The notes under the pieces: model-generated
What the model was told of the DNA's origin: nothing
The model's database searches: none
What the model saw: the letters and a program-made list of their open reading frames with translations, nothing else
NCBI RefSeq assembly: GCF_963921235.1
Contig: NC_086122.1
Coordinates: forward strand, 24,490,001-24,554,000
DNA from: Mobula hypostoma
Lineage: Eukaryota
DNA length: 64,000 bases
Reading direction: 5' to 3'
Shown here: positions 37,881 to 50,485 of the stretch, piece after piece
Layout of the letters: each line of letters opens with the position of its first letter
How positions within the stretch are numbered: the first letter of the stretch is position 1
Program-made: the position numbers and the translations under genes

Positions 37881-38585
37881 ACATAGAAACATAGAAAATA
37901 GGTGCAGGAGTAGGCTATTCGGCCCTTCGAGCCTGCACCGCCATTCAGAACGATCATGGCTGATCATCCAACTCAGAACCCTGTACCTGCCTTCTCTCCA
38001 TACCCCCGATCCCTTTAGTCACAAGGGCCATATCTAACTCCCTCTTAAATATAGCCAATGAACTGGCCTCAACTGTTTCCTGTGGCAGAGAATTCCACAG
38101 ATTCACCACTCTCTGTGTGAAGAAGATTTTCCTCATCTTGGTCCTAAAAGGCTTCCCCTTTATCCTCAAACTGTGACCCCTCGTTCTGGACTTCCCCAAC
38201 ATCGGGAACAATCTTCCTACATCTAGCCTGTCCAATCCCTTTAGAATTTTGTACGTTTCAATAAGATCCCCCCTCAATCTTCTAAATTCCAGAGAGTATA
38301 AGCCTAGCTGATCCAGTCTTTCATCATATGAAAGTCCTGCCATCCCAGGAATCAATCTGGTGAACCTTCTTTGTACTCCCTCTATGGCAAGAATGTCTTT
38401 CCTCAGATTAGGGGACCAAAACTGCACACAATACTCTAGGTGTGGTCTCACCAAGGCCTTGTACAACTGCAGTAGTACCTCCCTGCTCCTGTACTCGAAT
38501 CCTCTTGCTAAGAATGCCAGCATACCATTCACCTTTTTCACCGCCTGCTGTACCTGCATGCCCACTTTCAATGACTGGTGTACAA
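37881..38585 (-). mobile_element. CR1 3' fragment
   Basis: ORF 37954-38619 contains RPHLEYCVQFWSP, EFRRLRGDLIETYKIL and FFTQRVVNLWNSLP. Confidence 0.9.
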
Positions 38586-39355
38586 GGTCACCAACCAGGC
38601 CAAGCCATCTTCTCGCCATCTACTATCAGGCGTGAGGTACAGACGCCTGAAGTCCCGCACCAGAACAGCCTCTTTCCTTCGACCATTCTTTTCTTAAAAC
38701 CAACCTGTAACTACCTCAGTATTGCAATACTATTAACCACTTTGCTTACAGTAGACGTCTTTTTTTTCCAATTGTTCTTTCTTGTATAATTTGCTTGTTT
38801 CTTGTGATCGTTGTGTCACACTTTGTCCACGTGATGCTACTGCAAGTAAGTTTTACATTGCACTGTGTAGACATATAGTTGTACGTATAGTAATAAACTT
38901 AACTTTGACCTTGGAGGGTGTTCCATCTTTTCAATTGTCCCACTTTCATGCCAGAGACAGTGCTGAGCTGCGGTGGCATCTTGTGGGTGTTCAGTGTGTG
39001 GCCTATTCTCTCATTGACCTTAGTGAACAAATCAACTTGTATCCCAGTGCTGTACTGCATTAGGTGTTACTATACCCCAGAGTGTCTGCAGATGACAACT
39101 CGATGACAGAGGTTTGAGTGACCTAGGGGTAGAGTGGAGTTGGAGATCGAAAGTTTTCCCATTCTTCCTGTGAATTAGTTCCACTCCGATAGAAAATTTA
39201 GTGGATATGGGAAGCAATATTTATTAATTCATCCATCCATCCATTTATTTATTTATTAATTCATTTTATCTTTCTATCTATCTAGCTGGGTACAGTGTAA
39301 ATTGGGTCCTTTCAGCCCTTTGAGCCACTCCGCCCAGCAATCCCCCGATTTAATC

Positions 39356-40214
39356 TGTTACGTACCCCGTAACTGGGTTGCCAAACCAGCAGAAATGGAT
39401 CACTCAGTTGGAGTCTGGAGTACTAGAACTAAGAAAGTTTTATTAAAGAAACAAGCAACACAGTAATCGAAAGGATAATAAATGCAACAATTCAACAATG
39501 ATAACCACACATGTGCACAGAATTAAGATAACAGCATCAATCAAGCTCTATCGTTGTCTAGGGGTAAATGACCAATTTCAAAATGACTCAAAGTTCAGTC
39601 CAGTTTAGTAGTTCAGTTCGCAGTAATCGTTGTCATGGCGATGGACAAGGTGGGGAAGAGAGACATAGAATAGGAACAACTCATCATTCAGCACAGCTTC
39701 ACTCACAGACCAGCGGGATGGCTCACAAACAGCATTTGGGCGGGTCCTTGGTGATGTCACCTGAGGTCACCGACTGTGACCCCTCCTCCAGATGCGGTCG
39801 ATCCTCTGCAGTGAACCCGGCACCCAGGCAAGGGCGGACACACACCGGGTTCCCGCTGATCGTACCTTTCCACCCTGTGCGTTGTCTGGCACTTCTCACC
39901 CACTCGTGAGAAGCGTACCGCTTCCAGGGTCTCGTTACCTCGGGTGGCGTGTGTGTCTGTCTTAGCGAACCTGTCCCTTTTTATCCCCCTGCTGGGGTAT
40001 CGCCTGTCCATCACTTCAAACAGTTCAGGGTTCAAAGGGGGGAGCCGCTCCAGACAGCTCTTCCTCCCACATCCCTTCATTACACATCTCCAGACGCTGC
40101 TCCATTGTTCCTTATCTCTCCTTCCCCTAAGGGCAGGTGGCAGACCAACTGCTGATGCCACTGATGCTAGCCCAGGCCAGCAAACATCTTAATTTGATGT
40201 GTATTCTCGTAACA
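39356..40214 (-). mobile_element. Solo LTR (859 bp) inserted in a V-SINE
   Basis: TGTTACG...CGTAACA termini with a 4-bp TSD AATC (39352-39355, 40215-40218). Minus-strand GATAAAA near 39980 and AATAAA near 39440. The host SINE continues on both sides. Confidence 0.88.
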
Positions 40215-40942
40215 AATCCTAGCCTAATCACGGGACAATTTACAATGACCAGTGAATGGTCGTTCATTGTGTACGTCTTTGGACTGCACAATCCTTCACG
40301 GAAACCGGAACACCCGAAGGAAACCCACGAGGTCACAGGGAGAACGTACAAGCTCCTTACAGGCAGGTCGAATTGAACCCAAGTCGCTGATACTGTAGAG
40401 CGTTGTGCTGACCACTATGCTACTGTGCCGCTCCAAATGGATTAGGATCATTACATGGACTAGTATCATGACAGAACGAGGGGTCACAGTTTAAGGAATG
40501 GCGGTGCAGGCTCAAAGGGCCGAAGGGCCTACTCCTGCACCTATTTTCTATGTTTCTATGACAAATATCATATTCTGTCCTATTGCAGGACAAAAAGTCG
40601 AGAACGGTAGGTAAAGGAATAGTCCTTACGAGGCAGGAATAAAATATTTTGTATTTATTTATTCGTTTATTTGCTTGTTTTTAGTTATTGAGCGTGGAAT
40701 AGGCCCTTCCAACTTTTTGAGCTGCACTGTCCAGCAATTGCCCCAATTCAATCCTAACCTAATTGCCGGACAATTTACAATTGACAATGAACCTACCCAT
40801 CGTTCCATCTTTGGGCTGTGGGAAGAAACCAGGACACCCAGTGGAAACCCACGCAGTCATGGGGAGAATGTACAGGCAGCGGTGGGAATTGAACCCAGGT
40901 CTCTAGCGCTGTGAAGCATTGCGCTGACCACTACACTACCGT

Positions 40943-41290
40943 CACAAACAACAGAAAATCTGCAGATGCTGGAAATGCAAGCAACACACACACACAAAAT
41001 GCCGGAGGAACTCAGCAGGCCAGGCAGCATCTATGGATAAAAGTACAGTAGACGCTTCGGGACTGGGGAAAAAAAAAGCTGAGGGGTAGATTTAAAAGGT
41101 GGCGGGAGGGGAGAGAGGAACACAAGGTGACTGGTGAAACCTGAGGGGGAAGGGATGAAGTAAAGAGCTGGGAAGTCGATTGGGGAAGGAGCTACAGGGT
41201 CTCGGCCGGAAACGTCGACTGTACTCATTTCCACAGATGCTGCCTGGCTTAACCTTTTGCTGGAGTTCCTCTAGCACTTTGTGTGTGTTG
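40943..41290. mobile_element. Penelope-derived fold-back mini-insertion in a V-SINE end
   Basis: Tailed minus arm plus untailed plus arm. Degenerate 13-bp TSD actac(a/c)ct(a/g)ccgt at 40930-40942 and 41291-41303. Confidence 0.75.
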
Positions 41291-42099
41291 ACTACCCTGC
41301 CGTGCCGACCAAATGGACTAGTGTCATTACAAATATCCTGAACTATAGCAGCAAAAAGTTTGGGGGGGGGGAGTGGGGTGAAGAAATAGCCCAACAAGAT
41401 GGGGATGAAATAATTTAATATGCCTTGGTGCCTACAGCAGTATTAACTCTGCAGAAGTTTCATACCACGCAGGTAATGCGGTCGACTTGATTGGTTTCTC
41501 ATCACTAGCCTGAGCTTCTACAATTCTATCCGTGGTAAAACTATCCGTACCAAATACAACCGACCAGGCTCTTGATGCCTGTCACCCAAAAGATTAAGCC
41601 AGACATTGGAACTCGATCGCCTTTTCAAATCTTCCACTGTCCTGACTGATTAATTGTCATTAATCCTCAATATTGCTGATTTAACTCCTCGTTTTTTTTT
41701 GGCAGTTTCTTTTTGTGAACGGTATAACCTCTGCATAGCTTAATGCAATGTACCCTCATCCCTGAGTTCCCCGGCCCTTTGCCCAACTGAAACGTGCAGG
41801 TTCACGAGAGAGAGAAAAAAAATGAATTATGATGTGAGCATGTTGAGGCTGGGATCACTTAAGTATCAGTTTGACAACGGGTTTTCCAGCCTTCAAGATT
41901 GGATACAATCCTAATCAAGTACTCAGAAATCTGGGGATCTGCTCAAAGCAAGCACTGGCCCAGTCCAAAGATTGTTTTTCCAAGGAGAGCGTCTTCCTCT
42001 TTCCCAATAACCAAAGCAAACAGAACTTGACTCAGCAATTCTTTTCATTCCAAGTGTTCTTTGTGAGGAAGGTATCTGTTTTCTCACCGAACGAAAAGG

Positions 42100-44800
42100 A
42101 CCCATAGGATTGACTGCCCAGATAAAAAAAATCGTCTGCTTACGGAGAAGACGCGCTCTCTCCTCCGATGCCCGGAAGAAACGCGGGAGGAGGTCCAGGG
42201 CAGAGCGAGATGCAGTACAGTATGTGAAGCGTTCAAGTGGACAGCCGCTGGCGAGGAGATCAAATAAAGTTGGCACCTCATCCGCGGCCCTCCGTATAGG
42301 ATGAGGATCCTGTCAAAGTTTCTGGCCCGTTCTCTTATTTTCATCGCAGAATTGGTTCATAAATTACTGTCCCCGAGTCTGAGGTGAACCCAAATGATCT
42401 GCGAGAGCGGAAGCAGGTCCCATGTTAAAGAGCGTCGCCACGGAGATTGCTTCCCTTCCTTTAATCCCGCGACAGTTCTGGAGGCAAAGGCGACCCTTGC
42501 CCATCGCAGTCCTTCGGTCCAACACGGATCGAACCTCCCTGGACCTCCCCTAGACTGAAGCCAGCGAGTAAAACCAGCGGCAGTCGCCATTCTTTTGAGT
42601 GTGAACAACCAACACCCAGCGGTGAAGATCTGCTTTCTCTTTTTTAACTTTAAATCACCTGTCCAGCTATTCATATCACTTAGAATTAAATCCCGCTGGA
42701 ACCCGGAGCGGTATCCAAGTTCAGTCCTGTTCAGCTGCTTCAATGACGCGGTATGTGAGTCAACGTTTCAAATGAAAGGTCAACGGCCTGAAATGTTAAC
42801 CCTTTCTCTCTCACATATGGTGCCTGACCTCTGATTATTCTCACTTTTTTTTTCCATTTCCATTTTCCTCGTGGGCCGCATTTGCACTCGGCGTATCTGA
42901 ACTGTAATTTCAGCGCATAAAACATGTCAATTCTAAACGAGCCTTATCACTCGCGAATAGACTTATTTTTTTAAAAAAAAGGGCACGATGCAAACACATA
43001 AAATATTAGAGGAACTCAGCGGGTCAGACAGCATCTATGGAGGAAAATGACAATTGGCGTTTCGGCCGAGACACTCTTTATTAGTTCCTCCAGCATGTTA
43101 TGTGTGTTTATATACTTGAGGTGTTCATTATTCACAATTATAGAGTGAAATGTATTTAAAACAGCATCAATTCTTCGGTAGGAAAGCAATGTTCTTCGTT
43201 TTATTTCCTGCACGGCGATTTCCTACCATTCTCGCATTCGGCGCTTCTGTCCAAACGCGCATCTAATTTGCCCAGAATGTCATCTCGGAGCACAAAGACT
43301 TGGCAGGCGATTCGGGGCTACAATCATCGCCACCGATCTGTTAGATTGGAGCAGTTTCACCATTTCTCCGTTATCTCTATCTCCCAGCTCAGCCAGTGTC
43401 TCGTCCTGAAGAAATGTCAAGGCTGCGGTCTTGTGAATTAACAGGAACTTGTCCGGCTTTTGAAAAGGTTCATTTTGACCCGCAAGGGGCTGCGGATGCT
43501 GGAATCCGGGGGCGGGGGGCACCTGCTGAAGGAACTCAGCGGTTGAGCAGCATCTGTAGAAAGGGGTTGGTGGTGAGGGGGGCGGCGAAGGGCATGTCGA
43601 CGCTTTGGTTCGAAACCACAGCCCACAGCGCCCGTGAGCTGAGAGTACCGCTTCCATTACAAGCTCTAACGGAGCGATCATATGCAGCACACACACAGTC
43701 ACGACCTTCATCTCGGATCGTGAGGACCAAAGAGTCGTCCCGAAGGCACAAATTCTTCCCGGGTGGTGCAGGAACCTCAAACCAACTTCTCGCTTGTCAC
43801 GGCGCCGCCGAGGAATACAGCGCTTAAAATCGGCACGTAAAACTGTCCATAAAATTCAGTGTGCCAATCTTAGATTTCCGAAAATCGAAGTTAGTAACTA
43901 ATCATGCCTCACCATGGGATCGAAATTCTTACTTTATAACGAGTCTTTTAAAAATGTAAGCATCTGCTCAAATTTTTTTTTGCCATTTTTTCGACGAAAT
44001 ATGTACTCACGAGAGCAGAGCAGAACAGAAGCAGATTTCAGTACATTTTAATAACTGATATTTATTCTTACCTGATTACACTCTTGAGTGGCCCATGTCT
44101 ATCACCGTGTCCGGAGACAACTAATAGCCCCCGAGGAACGTGAAAGTGGGTCCTGAGCGTCTGACAGGTAACGCTGGGATCCCGGTACCAATCCCTTCGC
44201 TTCTGTCGTCGCCCTCCGACCGCTTGCTGCTGCTCGGTCGAATCCAGCTCACTGTGTGCGAGTTCCTCTTTCCCTCTCCCGCCCTTACCTCAGGTCCGGG
44301 TCCTGCTCTCTTCTGAGTGACTCTCGCACTCTGTCTGCAAGCCTGACTTTTCACAGGTTTAAAAGGGAAATTCCCCGATACCACACCCTGTCACTAGAAC
44401 ACCACCATTAAGGATGCGCCTGTCCCTGCGCGCAAACCTGTTCTCACAGGGCAACGCGCACCGGAAAACCAGAGAGGCACACTACCAACCGAACTGTTCT
44501 GACTGGTTTACTAACCTCGCCTCTCGCATCGCAACCAGCCAGTTATGTGTCTCCCTGCGAACTCATAGGCAGGACTCACTCTGAAAGGTCAAAGGAAAAT
44601 TCGCTGTAGATAGAGTTTGCCTCTGCTGCCTGAGGATGGGGGCACCGGGCTCCAGAGACGGTTAACTCTTGATTGGACCATTCTCACCAATCAGTGGCTG
44701 AACTGCTTTAAAAAGAGCGCGGCGTCCCGTTACAGCATCAACACAGAAACGGGCTTTCGGCTCACCAGCCTATGCTAAATCTCAAATAGCCACCCACACT
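42100..44800. promoter_or_regulatory. CpG-rich, largely unique region (CpG-island-like)
   Basis: CpG density is visibly much higher than in the flanks. Paired CCAAT boxes lie at 44671-44692 and TTTAAAAA near 44707. Confidence 0.55.
44289..44376 (-). promoter_or_regulatory. Candidate CNR2 core promoter and short non-coding first exon
   Basis: Minus strand: GGGGAATTTCCC (NF-kB consensus, 44365-44376), then TTTTAAA (44358-44364), then about 70 nt to a donor GAG|GTAAGG (exon end 44289). A second donor CAG|GTAAGA lies at 44072. The region is CpG-rich and non-repetitive. Confidence 0.5.
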
Positions 44801-45036
44801 AAGTACATCAGGAACACTTAAAAATAGCCTGTGATTCAAGTGCACATCGAGACCCATTACTTGAATGTTGTGAGGTACCTGTCTCCACCAGCCCCTCCTG
44901 CAATGCAAACCAGATTCCAGCCATCCCATGAGTGAGAAGATCCTCTTTAGAACCTCTATAAAATTCTTAACCCTTACTCTCTTGGTTTTGTCGCCACGCT
45001 CACGGGAAACATTTCTTGTTATCTATCCTCTTTGTG

Positions 45037-45335
45037 TGGCGCGTGGCCAAGTGGTCAGGGCGTTGGACTAGCAAGTTAATGGTCGTGAGTTCGAGCCCCA
45101 GCCGAGTCGACGTGTTGTATCCCTGAGCAAGACGCTTAACCACACAATGCTCCAGTCCACCCAGCTGAAAATGGGTACCGGCAAAATGCTGGGGGTGAAC
45201 CTCGCGATAGACTGGCGCCCTATCGGGGCGGGGGGCGGGGAGTCTTGTACATTCTGTCACTTCACGCCACAGAAACCAACATAAGCACTGGCCTGATGAG
45301 CCTATAAGGCTCGGGCTGACTTTAATTTAACTTTA
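45037..45335 (+). mobile_element. tRNA-derived SINE with a CORE-like domain
   Basis: A box TGGCCAAGTGG, B box GAGTTCGAGCC and ccctgagcaagacgcttaac. TSD atcctctttgtg (45025-45036, 45336-45347). Confidence 0.85.
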
Positions 45336-46461
45336 ATCCTCTTTGTGCTGTTCATAATTCCATACGCCTCGATCAAGCTCCTCTGCTCTCAGGAAAACAA
45401 ACCCAGCAAACAAACTCTGTTGAAAGCCAAAATGCTGGGAATCTGAAAAAAAATTTCTGGTAAATAATGATCTAATTCCCATATTATGGGAATATTGAAG
45501 TCATTGCCAAGGTGTAAATGGGCACCTGAAGGATGTTGAGAGAAGTACTTATAAGAGACTGAGTGGAATAAGAAATGTTTTTATTTATTGAGATACAGTG
45601 TGAAGTAGGCTCTTCTGCTCTTGCCAACCCCATTAATTTTAATCCTAGACTCATCATGGAACAATTTACAAAGACCAATTAACCTACCAGCTGGTACATC
45701 TTTGGACTGTGGGAGGAAACCCACGCGGTCACGGGGAGAACGTACAAACTCCTTACAGGAGGTGGTGGGAATTGAACCTGTGTTGCCTGTCCTGTAAAGT
45801 GTTGTGCTGACCACTACGCTGCCGTGTTGCCCTAAGGGGCACTGAGGAGGCAACAAGAGGAATTGTGAGAGGGCAGTGACTGGAACAGCGAGGAGACAGC
45901 AAATACAGCAGGAAGGACCGTAAGATATAGGAGCAGAAATAGGCCATTCAGTTAACACAAAATACTCTGTAGATGCTGGGGTCAAAGCAACACTCACAAC
46001 ACGCTGGAGTAACTCAGCAGGTCGGGCAGCGTCCGTGGAAATGAGGAGGCCATTCTGTTCACTGAGCCTGCTCTACCATTCAATCAGAGCTGATATATTT
46101 TCCCTCGCAACCCCATTTTCCTGCCTTCTCCCCATAACCATTGATGCCCATGCTAATAAAGAAACCATCAACTTTAAATATACCAAATGACTTGGCCTCC
46201 ACAGTCATCCGGGGCAATGAATTCCACAGATGCACCATACTCTGGCTAATGAAATTTCTCCCATTCTAAAGGGACATCCTTCTATACTGAGGCTGTGTCC
46301 TCTGGTCAAAACTCACCACTACTGGAAACATTCTCTCTACCTAAGCCACAGGTAGCTTTCAGTAAGATCCTCCCTCATTCTTCTGAACTCCTTTCAGACG
46401 CAACACACATCAAAGTTGCTGGTGAACGCAGCAGGCCAGGCAGCATCTCTAGGAAGAGGTG

Positions 46462-46499
46462 CAGTCGACGTTTCAGGCCGAGACCCTTCGTCAGGACTA
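46462..46499 (-). ncRNA. Minimal type I hammerhead ribozyme motif
   Basis: UAGUC-CUGACGA-A-GGGU(CUCG)GCCU-GAAAC-GUC^-GACUG. Confidence 0.75.
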
Positions 46500-48541
46500 A
46501 CTGAAGGAAGAGTGAGTAAGAGATTTGAAAGTTGGAGGGGGAGGGGGAGATCCAAAATGATAGGAGAAGACAGGAGGGGGAGGGATGGAGCCAAGAGCTG
46601 GACAGGTGATAGGCAAAAGGGATACGAGAGGATCATGGGACAGGAGGTCCGGGAAGAAAGACAAGGAGGGCGGGGGGAACCCAGAGGATGGGCAAGGGGT
46701 ATATTCAGAGGGACAGAGGGAGAAAAAGGAGAGTGAGAGAAAGAATGTGTGTATAAAAATAAGTAACAGATGGGGTAGAGGGGGAGGTGGGGCATTAGCG
46801 GAAGTTAAAGAAGTCGATGTTCATGCCATCAGGTTGGAGGCTACCCGGACGGAATATAAGGTGTTGTTCCTCCAACCTGAGTGTGGCTTCATCTTTACAG
46901 TAGAGGAGGCCGTGGATAGACATGTCAGAATGGGAATGGGATGTGGAATTAAAATGTGTGGCCACTGGGAGATCCTGCTTTCTCTGGCGGACAGAGCGTA
47001 GGTGTTCAGCAAAGCGGTCTCCCAGTCTGGGTCGGGTCTCGCCAATATATAAAAGGCCACATCGGGAGCACCAGACGCAGTATATCATCCCAGCCGACTC
47101 ACAGGTGAAGTGTCGCCTCACCTGGAAGGACTGTCTGGGGCCCTGAATGGTGGTGAGGAAGGAAGTGTAAGGGCATGTGTAGCACTTGTTCCGCTTACAC
47201 GGATAAGTGCCAGGAGGGAGATCAGCGGGGAGGGACGGGGGGGACGAATGGACAAGGGAGTCACGTAGGGAGCGATCCCTGCGGAAAGCGGGGGGGGGAG
47301 GGAAAGATGTGCTTAGTGGTGGGATCCTGTTGGAGGTGGCGGAAGTTACGGAGAATAATATGTTAGACCCGGAGGCTATTGGGGTGGTAGGTGAGGACCA
47401 GGGGAACCCTATTCCTAGTGGGGTGGCGGGAGGATGGAGTGAGAGCAGATGTATGTGAAATGGGGGAGATGCGTTTAAGAGCAGAGTTGATAGTGGAGGA
47501 AGGGAAGCCCCTTTCTTTAAAAAAGGAGGACATCTCCCTCGTCCTAGAATGAAAAGCCTCATCCTGAGAGCAGATGCGGCAGAGATGGAGGAATTGCAAG
47601 AAGGGGATGACGTTTTTGCAAGAGACAGGGTGAGAAGAGGAATAGTCCAGATAGCTGTGAGAGTCAGTAGGCTTATAGTAGACATCAGTGGATAAGCTGT
47701 CTCCAGAGACAGAGACAGAAAGATCTAGAAAGGGGAGGGAGGTGTCGGAAATGGACCAGGTAAACTTGAGGGCAGGGTGAAAGTTGGAGGCAAAGTTAAT
47801 AAAGTCAACGAGTTCTGCATGCGCGCAGGAAGCAGCGCCAATGCAGTCATTGATGTAGCGAAGGAAAAGTGGGGGACAGATACCAGAATAGGTTTGGAAC
47901 ATAGATTGTTCCACAAACCCAACAAAAAGGCAGGCATAGCTAGGACCCATACGGGTGCCCATAGCTACACCTTTAGTTTGGAGGAAGTGGGAGGAGCCAA
48001 AGGAGAAATTATTAAGAGTAAGGACTAATTCCGCTAGACGGAGCAGAGTGGTGGTAGAGGGGAACTGATTAGGTCTGGAATCCAAAAAGAAGCGTAGAGC
48101 TTTGAGACCTTCCTGATGGGGGATGGAAGTATATAGGGACTGGACATCCATGGTGAAAATAAAGCAGTGGGGGCCAGGGAACTTAAAATCATCGAAAAGT
48201 TTAAAAGTGTGAGAAGTGTCACGAACATAGGTAGGAAGGGATTGAACAAAGGGGGATAAAACCGTGTCGAGGTATGCAGACACGAGTTCGGTGGGGCAGG
48301 AGCAAGCTGAGACAATAGGTCGGCCAGGACAGGCAGGTTATATATACCCCTTGCCCACCCTCTGGGTTCCCCCCCCTTGTCTTTCTTCCCGGACCTCCTG
48401 TCCCATGATCCTCTCGTATCCCTTTTGCCTATCACCTGTCCAGCTCTCGGCTCCATCCCTCCCCCTCCTGTCTTCTCCTATCATTTTGGATCTCCCCCTT
48501 CCCCTCCAACTTTCAAATCTCTTACTCACTCTTCCTTCAGT

Positions 48542-48579
48542 TAGTCCTGACGAAGGGTCTCGGCCTGAAACGTTGACTG
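48542..48579 (+). ncRNA. Minimal type I hammerhead ribozyme motif (GUU triplet)
   Basis: TAGTC-CTGACGA-AGGGTCTCGGCCT-GAAAC-GTT-GACTG. Confidence 0.7.
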
Positions 48580-49209
48580 CACCTCTTCCTATAGATGCTG
48601 CTTGGCCTGCTGCGTTCACCAGCAACTTTGATCTGTGTTGCTTGAATTTCCAGCATCTGCAGAATTCCTGTTGTTTTCCTTTCAGACGCAGATCATTCTT
48701 GTAAACATCCTCTGGACCCTCTCCAATGCCAGCACATCCTTTCTTAGATATGAGGCTCAAAACTGCTCACAATATTCCAAATGTGGTCTGACTAATACCT
48801 TATAAAACTTCAGTGTTACTTCCTTGCTTTTATATTCTAGTCCTCTGAAAATGAATGCAAACTTTGCGTTTGCCTTCCTTACTACCGACTCGTCCAGCAA
48901 ATTAACCATTAATGACATTCGGACTCCTAAGTCCCTTTGCACTTCTGATTTCTGAATTCTCATTTAGAAAGTGGTCTAAACCTTCATTCCTTCTACTAAA
49001 GTGCATGACAATTCATTTCCCCACACTGACTTTGTGCGCATTTCATGCCTTAAATTATGACCAAACATATCAGTATCTGGTTACATTCAGTTAAAATAAA
49101 ACATGATGCTTATAAATGACTTCTGGAAATAGTTTGGATTGTAAATTTGTCCCTTCGACCCCCCTCCCCCAATTTGAAAGTACAGCATCACTATCCTATG
49201 GCTATTTAT

Positions 49210-49868
49210 TGTGACATCAGAGGTTTTCTGGTACTGTGGCTCTTCGGATTTTGTTTTCACACCATCCAAAAGAATTGTTCCTGTTACCTAGGTTGCAGAC
49301 CTTCAGACTGGTGGCTTAGGCAGACATGTGGTAAGTTAAATGCAATGCAAGGAAGTGCTGTCAGTACCTCCAGTTGAACTTTGTCATTTTGTGTGTTTTC
49401 CCCCTAGCCGTCAGTCTGTGGTTTTGTATTGCCATCTGCTCTTGTTTGTTTTCATGCCCCATGTGCTCCTGTTCCCGCTCCTGCTCCACTCCGGCCCCTG
49501 TATTACTGAGAACTCCACCTCTCAGCTCTTTCTGCTTTGCTGCCACTTCTGTCTCATTGTGCTCCACCTATCATCTGCCTCTCTGTTTACTGCTCAGTGT
49601 ATTTTAGTCCTGTGTTTTCACCTGTTTGTTGCCAGATCATGCCTGAGAGTTTTCCTGAGCCTTTCCAGCATTCGTATCTGATCGCTGTCCGTCTGAATAT
49701 CGACCCTACCTGTTTCCCGATTCTGGTTTTTGGATTTCTCTGGAATTTTTGATCTCCGCCTGAATTTCGATGCCAACTTTGTTGCCCCTTTGGATTTTCT
49801 ACTCAGCAAATATCACAGTGCGCACAGTACTTGGTCTGCGATTGGGTCCCTACTTCAGCATCCTGACA
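49210..49868 (+). mobile_element. Probable Gypsy-type solo LTR
   Basis: TGTGAC...gcgattgggtcc..CTGACA with a pyrimidine-rich body. No clear TSD. Confidence 0.45.
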
Positions 49869-50485
49869 AGTGCAAAGGAATGCATTTGTCTGTAAGAGTA
49901 TGGAGAGACAATATGGACTCAATAATTCTAAAATGTATAAGCAAGACTTGTTTTTATTGACATTCATTATACCATGAGTTCAATACATGCTCTTCCACTG
50001 TGTCAGTGCAAATCATGTTGAAGTTTAGAGTCCAAAACAGGTATGAAATAAATGCTATCAATTTATTGAGATATAGCTTTGAGCCACACAATCCCCCGAT
50101 TTTAAAACTAGCCTAATCACAGGACAATTTATAATGAACAATTAACCTCCCACTGGCACTGTGGGAGGAAACAGGAGCACCCAGAGGAAACCCACACAGC
50201 CACGGGGAGAACGTACAAACTCCTTACAGGCAGTGGCAGGAATTGAACCCGGGACACCTGTGCTGTAAAACATTGTGCTAGCCACTATGCTACAGTGCTG
50301 CCCCAATCAGATAGGATCCAGCTGGGTGTCTGCTTGAATCTGATGGCATAACCTTAAAGGTAATGATCATTTTAATATTAATGTACATACAATATTGTTA
50401 ATTAAATACCGCTAGTATTTTCTTTATTTCACTTTAGAACAACAGGCTAAGAATCATTTTTCTTCCTACATGGTAAAAGTGGGTT

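Larger units (their letters stand above)
46403..48676 (-). mobile_element. Penelope-like (Neptune-type) element, 5'-truncated, with an inverted second 3' UTR (about 48341-48676)
   Basis: RT (FTMDVQSLYTSIP, GVAMGTRMGPSYA, RYINDC), Cys-rich linker and GIY-YIG. Stop at 47363 and frameshift near 47290. 14-bp TSD tcctttcagacgca (46389-46402, 48677-48690). Inserted in a minus-strand CR1 remnant. Confidence 0.93.

Noticed and set aside
41871-42107. ORF containing FPNNQS, reminiscent of PNRC2 (a CNR2 neighbour in mammals)
   Set aside because: It lacks the conserved YAGAKFSEPPSPSVLPKPP and C-terminal LKTLL motifs and has no ATG start. The match is likely coincidental.
45292-45320. CTGATGAGCCTATAAGGCTC, a hammerhead-like core plus hairpin in a SINE tail
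   Set aside because: No GAAA follows stem II, and there is no stem I/III or NUH arrangement.
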